Shown here: piece by piece, positions 45,521 to 55,996 of the stretch
Layout of the letters: each line of letters opens with the position of its first letter
Numbering within the stretch: position 1 is the stretch's first letter
NCBI GenBank assembly: GCA_035307765.1
Contig: DATGHU010000031.1
Span: forward strand, 1,345-65,344
Source of the DNA: a bacterium
Lineage (GTDB): Bacteria; Sysuimicrobiota; Sysuimicrobiia; Sysuimicrobiales; Segetimicrobiaceae
Direction: 5' to 3'
DNA length: 64,000 nt
Made by a program: the position numbers and the translations under genes
Notes under the pieces: model-generated
Database searches by the model: none
Seen by the model: the letters and a program-made list of their open reading frames with translations, nothing else
Told to the model about the DNA's origin: nothing

Positions 45521-46795
45521 ATGGCGAAGAAGGACGCCGTGGTCACGGTCGCTCGAACCGATCCCTGGGAGGTCGCGCTGGAACAGTTTGCCGGCGCGGC
45601 GGACCTGCTCTCCCTGAAGCGGGGGGTGCGCGATCTGTTGAGCCACCCCAAGCGGGAGCTGACGGTACACTTTCCGGTGCAGCTGGAGGACGGGTCGGTT
45701 CGCGTGTTCACCGGGTACCGGATCCACCACAGCACGGTCCTCGGGCCGACGAAGGGCGGGATTCGGTATCACCCCGATGTCACCCTCAACGAGATCCGCG
45801 CGCTGGCGATGCTGATGACGTGGAAATGCGCGGTGGTCGGGCTTCCGTACGGTGGGGCGAAGGGCGGGGTCGTGGTCAACCCCAAGGAGTTGTCCCAGGA
45901 AGAGCTGGAGCACCTCACCCGCCGCTACGCGACGGAGATCTCGATGTTCATCAGCCCGGAGAGCGACATCCCCGCGCCCGACGTCGGCACCACCCCCCAG
46001 GTGATGGCTTGGATCATGGACACCTACAGCATGCACCGCGGGTACTCGGTGCCTGCGGTCGTGACCGGGAAGCCGATCTCGATCGGCGGTTCGCAGGGCC
46101 GGATCGAGGCCACCGGCCGCGGGGTGATGATTGTCGCGCGCGAGGCGGCTCGGCACCTGGGGATGCCGGTCCCCGGGGCGCGGGTGGCCGTGCAGGGGTT
46201 CGGGAACGTCGGCAGCGTCGCCGCCTCGGTCCTGGCGGGGCAGGGGTGCCGGATCGTGGCGGCGAGCGACAGCCGGGGCGGGGTCCACAACGAGAAGGGC
46301 CTGGACCCGACCGATCTCCAGCGGCACAAAGAGCAGACCGGGACGGTGGCGGGCTACCGCGGAGGGGACGCGCTGACGAACGAGGAACTGCTCGAGGTCC
46401 CCTGCGAGATCCTCATCCCGAGCGCGTTGGAGGGGCAGATCACCGCACACAACGCGGCCCGGGTGAAGGCGCGGATCGTCGTGGAGGGCGCCAACGGTCC
46501 GACCACCCCGGACGCCGACGCCATTCTCAAAGAACACAAGGTGCTGGTCGTTCCCGACATCCTGGCCAACGCCGGCGGCGTGACGGTCTCCTACTTTGAG
46601 TGGGTGCAGGATCTGCAGTCGTTCTTCTGGACCGAAGAGGAGATCAACGAGCGGCTCGAGCGGATCATGGTCCGCAGTTTTCGCGAGGTGCTGGCGATGT
46701 CCCAGGAGCGGAAGGTGGACCTCCGCACCGCCGCGCTGGTGCGGGCGGTGCAGCGGGTCGCCGATGCGCTGATGACGCGCGGCATCTACCCGTAG
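45521..46795 (+). CDS. gdhA: Glu/Leu/Phe/Val dehydrogenase family (glutamate dehydrogenase)
   Basis: [11 protein letters not shown]...LPYGGAKGG catalytic motifs and GFGNVG Rossmann. Confidence 0.9.
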   Translation: MAKKDAVVTVARTDPWEVALEQFAGAADLLSLKRGVRDLLSHPKRELTVHFPVQLEDGSVRVFTGYRIHHSTVLGPTKGGIRYHPDVTLNEIRALAMLMTWKCAVVGLPYGGAKGGVVVNPKELSQEELEHLTRRYATEISMFISPESDIPAPDVGTTPQVMAWIMDTYSMHRGYSVPAVVTGKPISIGGSQGRIEATGRGVMIVAREAARHLGMPVPGARVAVQGFGNVGSVAASVLAGQGCRIVAASDSRGGVHNEKGLDPTDLQRHKEQTGTVAGYRGGDALTNEELLEVPCEILIPSALEGQITAHNAARVKARIVVEGANGPTTPDADAILKEHKVLVVPDILANAGGVTVSYFEWVQDLQSFFWTEEEINERLERIMVRSFREVLAMSQERKVDLRTAALVRAVQRVADALMTRGIYP

Positions 46796-46813
46796 CGCCT
46801 TCGGCCGGGCTCG

Positions 46814-47758
46814 ATGCTGCGGCCGATTTTCCTAGCGCTTTCGAAAAGGCCGGGGCTGGCGCGGCGCACCCTCCGCCATCCCGCCCTCCAAAGGGCGGCG
46901 CGCCGCTTCGTGGCCGGCGAGCAGCTCGACGATGCGGTGGCGGCGGTTCGCGCGCTGAACTCGGCCGACCTCGCCGCGACGCTCGACTTCCTCGGCGAGA
47001 ACACATCGACCCAAGCCGCGGCGGAGGGGAGCGCGTCGGCCTACCTCGACATCCTCGATACGCTGCGCCGCACCGGGGTCGACAGCACCCTGTCCCTGAA
47101 GCTGACCCAGCTCGGCCTGGATGTCGACGACGCCGGGTGCGAAGCGCGGCTGGCGCGGCTCTTGGATCGCGCCGGCGAAACCTTTGTCCGCATCGACATG
47201 GAGGGGTCGGCCTACACCGAGCGGACCCTCCGGTTGTTCGAGCGGCTGTGGGCGGCGGGCCGCCGCAACGTGGGGGTCGTGATCCAGTCCTATCTCCGGC
47301 GCAGCGACGCGGACGTCGCCCGGCTGATCGAGTTGGGCGCACGGGTCCGGCTGGTGAAGGGGGCGTACGCGGAGCCGCCGGCGATCGCGTTCCCCCACAA
47401 GCGCGACGTCGACGCCGCGTACGCGCGGTTGGCGGAGCGGCTGCTGCGCGATGGGGTGGATCCCGCGATCGCCACCCACGACGAACGCCTCATCGAGGGG
47501 GTCCGCCAATTCGCGACCGCCCGGGGGATCGCTCCCAATCGATTCGAATTTCAAATGCTCTACGGCATCCGGCGGGACCTTCAGCTGCGACTCCGCGGCC
47601 AGGGATACCGGGTTCGGGTGTACGTCCCGTTTGGGGGGGAGTGGTTTCCGTATTTCATGCGCCGGCTCGCGGAACGTCCGGCGAATGTGATGTTCGTCGC
47701 GGCGAGCCTGCTGCGCGACCGTGGCGGACGCCAACCCGCAGCGGGGCGGGTGCGCTGA
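46814..47758 (+). CDS. proline dehydrogenase family protein
   Basis: About 314 aa TIM-barrel PRODH pattern (VRIDMEGSAY..VGVVIQSYLRRS..RLVKGAY). Confidence 0.8.
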   Translation: MLRPIFLALSKRPGLARRTLRHPALQRAARRFVAGEQLDDAVAAVRALNSADLAATLDFLGENTSTQAAAEGSASAYLDILDTLRRTGVDSTLSLKLTQLGLDVDDAGCEARLARLLDRAGETFVRIDMEGSAYTERTLRLFERLWAAGRRNVGVVIQSYLRRSDADVARLIELGARVRLVKGAYAEPPAIAFPHKRDVDAAYARLAERLLRDGVDPAIATHDERLIEGVRQFATARGIAPNRFEFQMLYGIRRDLQLRLRGQGYRVRVYVPFGGEWFPYFMRRLAERPANVMFVAASLLRDRGGRQPAAGRVR

Positions 47759-48040
47759 GCGCCGGAGAAGCCGCAGGGCTTGGCGAGGACGATGCGGAAC
47801 CCTTTCCGCGCGGCCCGATCCAGCCCCCGCGGAACCGCCCGCACGGGTGTCTTCGGAGGGATCCGGCGGCCGGACCGTGCGAGTGTTCGCACGCCCCCGA
47901 CTCCCCACATCTTCCGGAGATGCGTCCGCACCCGGCGCGATCCTGGCGGGCCGCTCGAGCGGTCGTTGACCGGGGTGGAGCGGCACCGCTCCCCCGAACC
48001 CTGCACGGCCCGGGGGAGCCCGGCGAGGAGGAGACCGCAG

Positions 48041-49315
48041 ATGACACCCAAGACCCACAGCCAGATCATCGCCGCCGTGGAGGAGCGGCGGGACGAGGTG
48101 GTGGCCTTCCTGCAGCGCCTGGTCCAATACGACAGCGTCACCGGTAACGAAGCCGCAATTCAAAACTTCGTCGCGGAGCACCTCCGGGGGCTGGCCCTGA
48201 CGGTGGACCAGTTCGACACGGACCCGGAGGCCCTCCGGCAGTACCCCGGGTTTCTCGAGCCGGAAAAGTCCTTTGCCGGCCGCCCCAACGTGGTGGGCGT
48301 GTGGCCGGGCGCCGGCGGCGGTCGGTCCCTCCTGCTCAACGGTCACGTCGACACCGTGCCGTTGGAGCCGGTCGCCGAATGGGTGCACGGCCCGCTGTCG
48401 GGATCCGTGGTCGATGGTCAGGTGTGGGGCCGGGGCGCCTCCGACATGAAGGGGGGGGTGGCGGCGATGACCATGGCCGTCGCCATCTTGAAGGAGATGG
48501 GGGTGCGGCTCGGCGGCGACGTTACCCTCGAGTACGTCGTGGATGAGGAACGGACCGGGCTCGGGACGCTGGCGTGCGTGCACCGCGGGTATCGGGCGGA
48601 TGCCGGCATCTGTTGCGAGACCAGCGATCTTGAGGTCATGCCCGCGTGCATCGGCCGGATGTGGTTCACCGTGCACGTGCGGGGCAAGCCCACCGGCATC
48701 TCGACGCGATGGGAGGGCGTGAGCGCCATCGACAAGGCGATGAAAGTGGTCGAGGCGGTGGAATCGCTGGAGGCGATGCGCATCCAGGATCTGCACCACC
48801 CCCTCTATCCCGACAACCGGGGCGCGCTCCCCTGCGCGGTGACGATGTTTCAGGCGGGGACGTTCCCGAGCATCACGCCGGAAGACGCGACGCTGCGCGG
48901 CAGCCTGGGGTTGATGCCCTACGAAGATCCCGTGCAGGTGGAGGCCCAACTGAAAGAACAGATCCTGCGCGTCTGCGCCGCGGATCCCTGGCTGCGGCAC
49001 AACCCCGTGGAGGTGACGACGACGGGGGGGTACGTGGCGGCCGGGGCGGAGATCCCCGTCGAGCATCCCATCGTTCAGACGGTCAACCGGTCCTTCCAGC
49101 GGGTCGCGGGCCATGCCCCGGTGCTGGGCGCGCGGATGGGAGCCTCCGACACCCGCTTCCTGATCACGCTGGGGCACACGCCGACCGTGATCTTCGGCCC
49201 CGGACCGACCAGCCAGATGCACGCGATGAACGAGTCCGTTCCCGTCGAAAATGTGATCATCGCGACCAAGGTGTTGGCGCTGGCCGTCCACGACTGGTGC
49301 GGGGAGCCGGGATAG
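48041..49315 (+). CDS. M20 family metallopeptidase (ArgE/DapE/acetylornithine deacetylase-like)
   Basis: Start at MTPKTHSQ with GAGGAGGAG SD (the track's 87-aa upstream extension is rejected). Metal-binding motifs NGHVDTVP, GRGASDMKGG, ..DEE.. Confidence 0.8.
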   Translation: MTPKTHSQIIAAVEERRDEVVAFLQRLVQYDSVTGNEAAIQNFVAEHLRGLALTVDQFDTDPEALRQYPGFLEPEKSFAGRPNVVGVWPGAGGGRSLLLNGHVDTVPLEPVAEWVHGPLSGSVVDGQVWGRGASDMKGGVAAMTMAVAILKEMGVRLGGDVTLEYVVDEERTGLGTLACVHRGYRADAGICCETSDLEVMPACIGRMWFTVHVRGKPTGISTRWEGVSAIDKAMKVVEAVESLEAMRIQDLHHPLYPDNRGALPCAVTMFQAGTFPSITPEDATLRGSLGLMPYEDPVQVEAQLKEQILRVCAADPWLRHNPVEVTTTGGYVAAGAEIPVEHPIVQTVNRSFQRVAGHAPVLGARMGASDTRFLITLGHTPTVIFGPGPTSQMHAMNESVPVENVIIATKVLALAVHDWCGEPG

Positions 49316-49348
49316 GTCCGATCGGGGAGGTCGGCGGTCGCCGCGCCG

Positions 49349-50110
49349 TCAGCCCAGGAACAGTCGATCCGGGTCGAGCGTCCGGAGGACGCGCAGTTCT
49401 TCGTCGGTCGGAGCCTGGAGCCGGATCAGCTCCGGAGCGGCCGGCAGATCGAACCCCGTCCGCTCCCGCACCTGGTCGACCGTCACGCCCGCCTGGAGCC
49501 CGTCGAGCCGCATCTGCTTGGTCTGCGGGTCGAAGCGCATCAGGGCAAGGTCGGTGACGACCGTGCTGATGGTTCCGAACAGCAGCCCCGCTCGGCGGCG
49601 GGCGTCTCCGCCCTCGAGGTAGCCGGGGCTGGTGACGAAATCGACCCGCTCGACGAACCGCCGCCGCTCGTGCATGGTGACGATGAAGATCTCCCGGCAG
49701 TGCGTGATGATATCGCAGGCCCCCCCGCTGCCCGGCAGGCGGACCCGCGGACGCTCGGGCGGTCCGATCACGCTGGTGTTGATGTTGCCGTGCCGATCGA
49801 CCTGGGCGCCGCCGAGGAAGCCGTAGTCGAAGAACCCGCGCTGGGCGTAGAGGAACGTTTGGGTGATCGACAGCAGCATCATCGCCCGGTTGCCGGCGCG
49901 CATCTCGTTCGTGGAGATCGGCAGCCGCCCGGGGACGGCCTCCAGCCCGACGACGCCGCCTTCCACGACGATCGTCAGGTCCGGCGCGTGGGTCGACTTC
50001 GCCAGCACGGACGCCAGCAGCGGGGTGCCGACGCCGGCAAACACGATCTTGTGGTCGGTGAGCAGCCGGCTGGCGGTTGCGGCGAGGAGTTCCGGTGCGC
50101 TGTAGGCCAT
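49349..50110 (-). CDS. CoA-transferase subunit B (glutaconate CoA-transferase GctB-like)
   Basis: Family I CoA-transferase beta-subunit pattern, including the region around the catalytic Glu (LPISTNEM). Confidence 0.75.
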   Translation of the reverse strand: MAYSAPELLAATASRLLTDHKIVFAGVGTPLLASVLAKSTHAPDLTIVVEGGVVGLEAVPGRLPISTNEMRAGNRAMMLLSITQTFLYAQRGFFDYGFLGGAQVDRHGNINTSVIGPPERPRVRLPGSGGACDIITHCREIFIVTMHERRRFVERVDFVTSPGYLEGGDARRRAGLLFGTISTVVTDLALMRFDPQTKQMRLDGLQAGVTVDQVRERTGFDLPAAPELIRLQAPTDEELRVLRTLDPDRLFLG

Positions 50111-50111
50111 G

Positions 50112-51053
50112 CTAGCGTGTGAGCTCCCGCGCGGCCCGTTGCTGGCGGTGCAGCCGATCGGCCCCGAAGCGCTCGAGGTAGGCGTCGAACGTGTCGGGTC
50201 CGTAGACGTACTCGTCCAGGTACGTGCGCGCCGCGTCGACGCCCCCGGCGTTCACCCCGCGGGCGTACGTGCCGATGTGATCGAGGTCCGCCTCGTAGAG
50301 ACCGTAGCACTCGTGCGGGTAGGCGCCGAAGGGGGCCTCCACCACCGCATCCACGGCGAAGAACGGGATCGCCGTGCGGTCGGCGGTCTGTCGGATCTCA
50401 TCGGTGGAGACGATCTGCTCGGCGCTGAGGATCACGGTCGACGCGGCCGCGGCCAGGTCCGCATCCATGTGCGGGTATCCATCGATCTGGGCGTTGCCGA
50501 AGCAGTCGGCCCGGTGGACGTGGATGATCGCCACGTCCGGGAAGAGCGCGGGAACCAGGCACAGCGTCTCCCCCGTGAACGGGCAGGTCATCGTCCGCGC
50601 GCCCGCCGGGGTGAGCAGGTCCGAGCCGAGCATCGACAGCGTGGGGAGGAACGGCACGCCCATCGCCGCGGCCCGGTACCGCAGGCCGAGGGCGAGATGG
50701 CTCCACTCCTCGAAGCGGGCCCGACCGTTTTCGACATACTCCCTCGTGATCCGCGACAAGCCCCACGGCAGGCCGATCCCGATCCAGGACGTGACCAGTG
50801 TGCGGGTCGCTCCCGCCACCAGGAAGAGCTCTCCCTCGTAGCACATCAGGTTGCGCGACAGGGTGAGGTTGACGCGCCGCGCCCGTAGGATCTCGCGCAG
50901 GATGACGAGGGGCGTCCGTGAGTACAGACAGCCTCCGATGGCGACGTGGTGCCCATCCCGCACCAGCTGGGCGGCGTCGTGTGCCGGCATGCGCTTATCG
51001 CGGAGCGAGCGGTCCTTCGCCTCCAGGTGCCGCCGGGCTTCGACGAACGTCAT
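50112..51053 (-). CDS. CoA-transferase subunit A (GctA-like)
   Basis: Start at MTFVEARRHL. Family I CoA-transferase alpha-subunit. 1-nt gap to subunit B. Confidence 0.75.
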   Translation of the reverse strand: MTFVEARRHLEAKDRSLRDKRMPAHDAAQLVRDGHHVAIGGCLYSRTPLVILREILRARRVNLTLSRNLMCYEGELFLVAGATRTLVTSWIGIGLPWGLSRITREYVENGRARFEEWSHLALGLRYRAAAMGVPFLPTLSMLGSDLLTPAGARTMTCPFTGETLCLVPALFPDVAIIHVHRADCFGNAQIDGYPHMDADLAAAASTVILSAEQIVSTDEIRQTADRTAIPFFAVDAVVEAPFGAYPHECYGLYEADLDHIGTYARGVNAGGVDAARTYLDEYVYGPDTFDAYLERFGADRLHRQQRAARELTR

Positions 51054-51079
51054 CGCGCGGTCCCGGGGCCCCGCGGCGG

Positions 51080-52054
51080 TCACGCCGGCGCTCCGGCGAT
51101 CCTCCCGCGGAGGCGCGGCAGGATCTCGCGGCTGATCACGTCGAGCTGGTCCAGCCGGTAGTCGTAAGGGACCAGGACGATGTGCTCGACGCCGGCGGCG
51201 ATGTGTGCGGCGAGCTGCTCGGCGCACTGGTCCGGGGTGCCGCGGATCGAGCTGTCGGGGGTGGACTCGCTCCAGGGGGCCACGTCGAAGTACCGCGCCA
51301 GGAAGTCCCGCACGCCCCGGTCCGCCTCCTCAAATGAGGGCGCCACGTAGATCGGGAGCTGGCTGACGTTTTGGAGCTCGGCCGGATCGCGTCCGACCTC
51401 TTCGGTGAGCGATCGGATCTTGGCCCAGGTTTTGCGGAAGCTCTCCGGCGTGTAGAAGTAGGTCAACCATCCGTCGCCGTGGCGGGCCAGCCGGCGGAGC
51501 ACCACGTCCACGTAGCCTCCGAAGAGGATGGGCGGTCGCGGCCGCTGGAAGGGTTTGGGCAGCATCACCGACCGGTTGAAGACGTAGCCGTCCGCCGTCC
51601 CGGTCACCTGATCCTCGCTCCAGAACCGCTTGAGGATCTCGAGGTTCCGGACGAAGATTTTCCCCCGCTCCTTGAAGGGCACCCCACAGGCCTCAAACTC
51701 CCGCTCGTACCAACCGCCGGCGACCCCAAAGATCAGCCGCCCTTTGGAGATGTGGTCGAGGCTGGTCAGCACCTTGGCCAAGACGACGGGGTTGCGCAGA
51801 GGCAGCACGAAGACTCCCGTGCCCAGCTGCAGCCGCTCGGTTTTCATGGCGAGCGCGGTGAGGGTGGTGAGCGACTCGAGGTAGGGGAAGGGCCGCTTCG
51901 AACCCAGCAGGATGTGATCCCAGACCCACGCCGATTCGAAGCCCAGGGACTCCGCCCGCGCCGCGAACGCCACGATCTCGTCGATGCTGGGTTCCTCAGG
52001 GTAGGGGGTGAAGTTCTTGAGCGCGACCCCGAATCGAACCTCCCGTCCCGTCAT
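51080..52054 (-). CDS. LLM-class flavin-dependent oxidoreductase (luciferase-like; possibly F420-dependent)
   Basis: RFGVALKNF...ESAWVWDHILLG...TLSMLGSD is the bacterial luciferase-like TIM barrel. ATG overlaps upstream stop (TGATG). Confidence 0.8.
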   Translation of the reverse strand: MTGREVRFGVALKNFTPYPEEPSIDEIVAFAARAESLGFESAWVWDHILLGSKRPFPYLESLTTLTALAMKTERLQLGTGVFVLPLRNPVVLAKVLTSLDHISKGRLIFGVAGGWYEREFEACGVPFKERGKIFVRNLEILKRFWSEDQVTGTADGYVFNRSVMLPKPFQRPRPPILFGGYVDVVLRRLARHGDGWLTYFYTPESFRKTWAKIRSLTEEVGRDPAELQNVSQLPIYVAPSFEEADRGVRDFLARYFDVAPWSESTPDSSIRGTPDQCAEQLAAHIAAGVEHIVLVPYDYRLDQLDVISREILPRLRGRIAGAPA

Positions 52055-54354
52055 CAGGTCACCTCCGGAGTGGTGCCCCCGGCCCCGCGGCCCCGTGCCT
52101 CGAGGGCCGTAAACACCCCCTCCGGGGCGATCGGGAGGTCCAGCGGGCGGACGCCCACCGCATCATACACCGCGCTGGCGATCGCCGGGGGGGGCGGCCC
52201 GGTGGGCGGCTCCCCGATCCCCCGTGCGTGAAACGGGCCCTTGCCTTCGCCGGACTCCACCGCGATCGGCTGGACGTCCGGGACGTCGAGGGCAGTCGGG
52301 ATGAGATAGTTGGCGAACAGGGTGGTGAGGTTATTGCCCTCCTCGAGCGTGATCTCCTCCAGCAGCGCCTGACCGATTCCCATCACGGCGCCCCCTTGGA
52401 TCTGGCCGGCGACGCTTTGGGGGTTGATCGCGCGTCCCACGTCGTGGCACGCCGCGTGTTTGAGCAGGGTGACGGTTCCCGTTTCCGTATCGACCTCGAC
52501 CTCGACGGCGTGGCAGCCGAAGGTGTAGTCGGGAAAGGTCTTCCCCTGTCCCGTCTCCAAATCCACCGGCGGGGCCTGTTCTCCGCGGAACACCGACAAC
52601 TGCGCGGTGGACACGCCGCGGCGGCCGCACTCCGCAATGACCCGGGCCAGGGCGATCCTCCGGTCCGGACTTCCCGCGACCCGCACCTGGTCATCGGCGA
52701 ACTGCAGATCCGTCTCCGCGGCCTCGAGCAACCCCGCCGCGACCGGGGCGACGGCCGCGCGCAGCTCGCGCGCCGCCTGCCACACCGCGTTCCCCGACAT
52801 GTAGAGCTGTCTCGTGGCGAACGTGCCGCCGGTCAACGGGGTGCGGGCGCTGTCGCCGATGTGCACGGCAACGCGGTCCAGCGACACGCCGAGCTCCTCC
52901 GAGGCGATCTGCGCCAGCACCGCCGCCTGGCCCCCGCCGAGGTCGGTCACCCCCGCGCGGATGACGAGCGACCCGTCCGCCTCGAACCCGATCCACGCGC
53001 CGGCCTGATCCCGGAACCAGACGGTGCGCCCGTACGGCTGGATGTTGCAGGCGAAGCCGCGCCCCACCCTCGCCGACGTCCGGGAAGGGCGGCTGCGCTC
53101 GCCCAGCGCCTCCACCGCGGCGCGGCAGACCTCGGGCAGCGCCACGTGCGTCTCCAGCGCCTCGCCGGTGGGCAGGCGGTCTCCTTTCCTGAGGAAATTG
53201 CGCGCACGGAACTCGAGCGGGGGAATCCCCAGCCGCTCCGCCAGGAGGTCCATCTGCGACTCATAGGCGAAGGTCACCTGCATCGCCCCGAACCCGCGCA
53301 TCGCGCTGGTCGGTACGTTGTTGGTGAACACCGCCTTGGCGTCGATGCTGACGTGGGGCACGCGGTACGGTCCGACGCCCACCACCAGCGCGGCGAACAG
53401 CACGCGCGGGCTGAGGAGCGGGAAGGGCCCGGCGTCCCCGAGCAGCGTCATCTCCTGCGCCACCAGTTCTCCGTTCCGGGTTGCCCCCGTCCGGCAGCGC
53501 ATCAGGAGCGGGTGGCGCTTGGGTCGCGCCAGGAGCGATTCCTGCCGGCTCCAGACCATGCGCACCGGCTGCCGCGTCTTCCACGCCAGCAGGGCCACGT
53601 ACGGTTCGACCGTCATGTCTTCCTTGCCGCCGAACCCCCCGCCGAGGAACGGCGCGATCACGCGCACCCGGTTGTGCGGGAGCCCGAGGATCTCCGCGAT
53701 CTCGCGGAAGTGCTCGATCACCTGCGTCGCCGCGCGGACGGTGACGATGCCGTTGTCGTCCACCCAGGCCACGCCCGCCTCCGGTTCCAGGTAGGCGTGG
53801 TCCACTCGCTGGGTGCGGTACGTTCGCTCGACCACGGCATCGGCCCGCCGGAACCCCTCGTCCAGGTCCCCCTGCCGCAACCGCCAGTGGATGAGCACGT
53901 TGTCCCGATCCGGATGCACCCGGAGCGCGTCGGGGGCGAGCGCCGCTTCGATGTCGAACACGCCGGGCAGCGGCTCGTAGTCGACGTCGATCGCCTCGAC
54001 CGCCGCGCGGGCCTGCACGTCGGAAGCCGCCGCCACCAGCGCGAGCGGCTGTCCTTGGTAGCAGACCCGGTCCGCGGCCAGGACCGGGGTGGCAAACGGG
54101 GCCCGGTTCGTCCCGGTGGCGTCTTCGTGGGTGGCGTTACAGGGGACGTCCTCCGCGGTGAGCACGGCGGCGACCCCCGGCAGGCCGCGCGCCCGAGTGG
54201 CATCGATCCGTCTGATCCGGGCAACCGGGTAGATGGAGCGGAGGATGCGGCCGGCCAGCATCCCGGGAAGGCTCCAGTCGGCCGCGTAGAGGGTGGCCCC
54301 CTCGACCTTGTCGGCCACGTCGAAGCGCGGCAGCGCCTTGCCGACGATCCTCAT
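52054..54354 (-). CDS. xanthine dehydrogenase family molybdopterin-binding large subunit (CoxL/aldehyde oxidoreductase-like)
   Basis: 766 aa. a/b hammerhead region (MRIVGKALPRFDVADKVEGATLYAADW). MoCo domains (GGGFGGK). Confidence 0.85.
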   Translation of the reverse strand: MRIVGKALPRFDVADKVEGATLYAADWSLPGMLAGRILRSIYPVARIRRIDATRARGLPGVAAVLTAEDVPCNATHEDATGTNRAPFATPVLAADRVCYQGQPLALVAAASDVQARAAVEAIDVDYEPLPGVFDIEAALAPDALRVHPDRDNVLIHWRLRQGDLDEGFRRADAVVERTYRTQRVDHAYLEPEAGVAWVDDNGIVTVRAATQVIEHFREIAEILGLPHNRVRVIAPFLGGGFGGKEDMTVEPYVALLAWKTRQPVRMVWSRQESLLARPKRHPLLMRCRTGATRNGELVAQEMTLLGDAGPFPLLSPRVLFAALVVGVGPYRVPHVSIDAKAVFTNNVPTSAMRGFGAMQVTFAYESQMDLLAERLGIPPLEFRARNFLRKGDRLPTGEALETHVALPEVCRAAVEALGERSRPSRTSARVGRGFACNIQPYGRTVWFRDQAGAWIGFEADGSLVIRAGVTDLGGGQAAVLAQIASEELGVSLDRVAVHIGDSARTPLTGGTFATRQLYMSGNAVWQAARELRAAVAPVAAGLLEAAETDLQFADDQVRVAGSPDRRIALARVIAECGRRGVSTAQLSVFRGEQAPPVDLETGQGKTFPDYTFGCHAVEVEVDTETGTVTLLKHAACHDVGRAINPQSVAGQIQGGAVMGIGQALLEEITLEEGNNLTTLFANYLIPTALDVPDVQPIAVESGEGKGPFHARGIGEPPTGPPPPAIASAVYDAVGVRPLDLPIAPEGVFTALEARGRGAGGTTPEVT

Positions 54355-54355
54355 C

Positions 54356-54865
54356 CTACGGGTCGTCCCGCTCCGAACGGGCTGGCACAGCCGCGCACGA
54401 TTCCACCGCGTCCACGATGCGCGTGTACCCCGTGCAGCGACAGAGGTTGCCCGCCAGGGCCGTCCGGATCTGTGCGCGGGTCGGGGCCGGATGCTCTCGG
54501 AGGAAGGCGTACGCCACGAGCAGCATTCCGGGGGTGCAGAACCCGCACTGCGCCGCCTCGCGCTCGAGGAAGGCGCGCTGGAGGGGGTGGAGGCCTTCGG
54601 CGCTGCGCAACCCCCGTACCGTCGTGACCGACCGGCCGTGCGCCTGGAGGGCGAGCAGCAGGCATGCGTTGACGGGGGCGTCGTCGAGGAGAATCGTGCA
54701 GGTCCCGCACACGCCTTCGCCGCAGCCGTACTTCACCTCCGTGGCGCCAAGGGTGTCGCGCAGGACCGCGAGCAGGGTTTCGTGGGGCGATGCCCAGACC
54801 TCGACCGGATGTCCGTTCAGAGAGAACGCTAAGGGGCGTCGGCCCTCGGTCTCGGGGGCGTGCAT
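54356..54865 (-). CDS. (2Fe-2S)-binding small subunit (CoxS-like)
   Basis: Two [2Fe-2S] motifs CGEGVCGTC and CGFCTPG ... CRCTGY. Confidence 0.85.
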   Translation of the reverse strand: MHAPETEGRRPLAFSLNGHPVEVWASPHETLLAVLRDTLGATEVKYGCGEGVCGTCTILLDDAPVNACLLLALQAHGRSVTTVRGLRSAEGLHPLQRAFLEREAAQCGFCTPGMLLVAYAFLREHPAPTRAQIRTALAGNLCRCTGYTRIVDAVESCAAVPARSERDDP

Positions 54866-54872
54866 CGCCGCG

Positions 54873-55757
54873 TCAGCCTCCCCCCGTCAGGTGCGTGGCG
54901 GCGCGCGCCGCCGCGGTGGCCATCGCGCGCCGCGCCATCACCCGCGCCATCGCGCGGCGGTACGCGGCCGACGCGTGCATGTCCGATTCCGGATGCACCT
55001 CCGTCGCGACCGCCTCCGCGGCGGCCTCGATCCGCTGGTCGGTCAGCGTCCGGCCGACCAATTGCGATTCGGCGCTCGGGAACCTGACGGGGTTCGGGCC
55101 GACGCCGCCCAGGGCCAGCGAGGCGCGGGTGCACCGGCGCGCCCCGTCCAGTGAGACGACCGCACACGCCGCGACGATGGCAAAGTCGCCCGCCCGGCGG
55201 ACCAGTTCGGCCAACCCGTACCCCGTCCCGGCCTCCGCCGCCGGGATCCTGACGCCCGTCAGCAACTCCGTCGGGGCGAGATCCGTTTGGAGATACCCCA
55301 AGAAGAACTTCTCCGCGGCGACCTCCCGCGAGGCCTCGGGCGCGCGGACCTCGAGCGTGGCCCCCAGGGCCGTCATGACCAGCGGAAGCTCCGCGGCGGG
55401 GTCGGCGTGGGCGAGGCTTCCGCCCAGCGTCCCGCGGTGACGAACCCGGATGTTCCCGATGACCGCGGCCGCTTCGGCGAGGATCGGGCACCGCCGGCGG
55501 ATGATCGGATCGGTCTCCAGGGTGCGATGCCGCGTCAGCGCCCCGATCCGGAGACCGTCCCCGTCGTCCGCCACCCGGGCGAGGCCGGGGACGCCGTTGA
55601 TGTCGATCAGCGCATCCGGTCGGGCCAGCCCCAGGCCCATCATGGGGATCAAGCTTTGGCCCCCCGCCAGGACCTTCCCGTCGGGGTGGACCTGAAGCAG
55701 CGCCAGCGCCTCTTCCACGGTGGTGGGTGTGCAGTAGGTGAACGGATACAGGTACAC
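54873..55757 (-). CDS. FAD-binding molybdopterin dehydrogenase medium subunit (CoxM-like)
   Basis: FAD-binding PCMH-type domain (VLAGGQSLIPMM ... GTLGGSLAHADPAAE) and CO-dehydrogenase flavoprotein C-terminal domain. Confidence 0.8.
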   Translation of the reverse strand: MYLYPFTYCTPTTVEEALALLQVHPDGKVLAGGQSLIPMMGLGLARPDALIDINGVPGLARVADDGDGLRIGALTRHRTLETDPIIRRRCPILAEAAAVIGNIRVRHRGTLGGSLAHADPAAELPLVMTALGATLEVRAPEASREVAAEKFFLGYLQTDLAPTELLTGVRIPAAEAGTGYGLAELVRRAGDFAIVAACAVVSLDGARRCTRASLALGGVGPNPVRFPSAESQLVGRTLTDQRIEAAAEAVATEVHPESDMHASAAYRRAMARVMARRAMATAAARAATHLTGGG

Positions 55758-55996
55758 TGGGCAGGTCTCTCCGCGGGCTTCCCTCCGCGGGCAGCGATGT
55801 CAACCGCGGACATCGCGCTCGTCGATGCCGGTGATCTTGGGGCCGCGCGCTTCACGCTCGTATACGCGGTCGCCAGGCAGAATCCTTTTGCGGGGAGGGT
55901 ACGCGCCGCGACGGTGCGAAACCCCAAGGGCGCTCGAGGCCGTCGGGCCGCCTCCGTCGCGTCCCGCCCTCGCCGCACGGTGCGAGTGGTCTTACG

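Noticed and set aside
43099-45735. 878-aa minus-strand ORF
   Set aside because: Antisense to ftsX and the S41 peptidase. The product is Arg/Gly/His-rich with no domain-like segments.
46832-49291. 819-aa minus-strand ORF
   Set aside because: Antisense to the proline dehydrogenase and M20 peptidase genes. Low-complexity product.
54293-55440. Several 170-320-aa ORFs on both strands across the Cox-like operon
   Set aside because: The FeS, FAD and Moco subunits on the minus strand account for the region with canonical motifs. The alternatives are Arg/Pro/Gly-rich.
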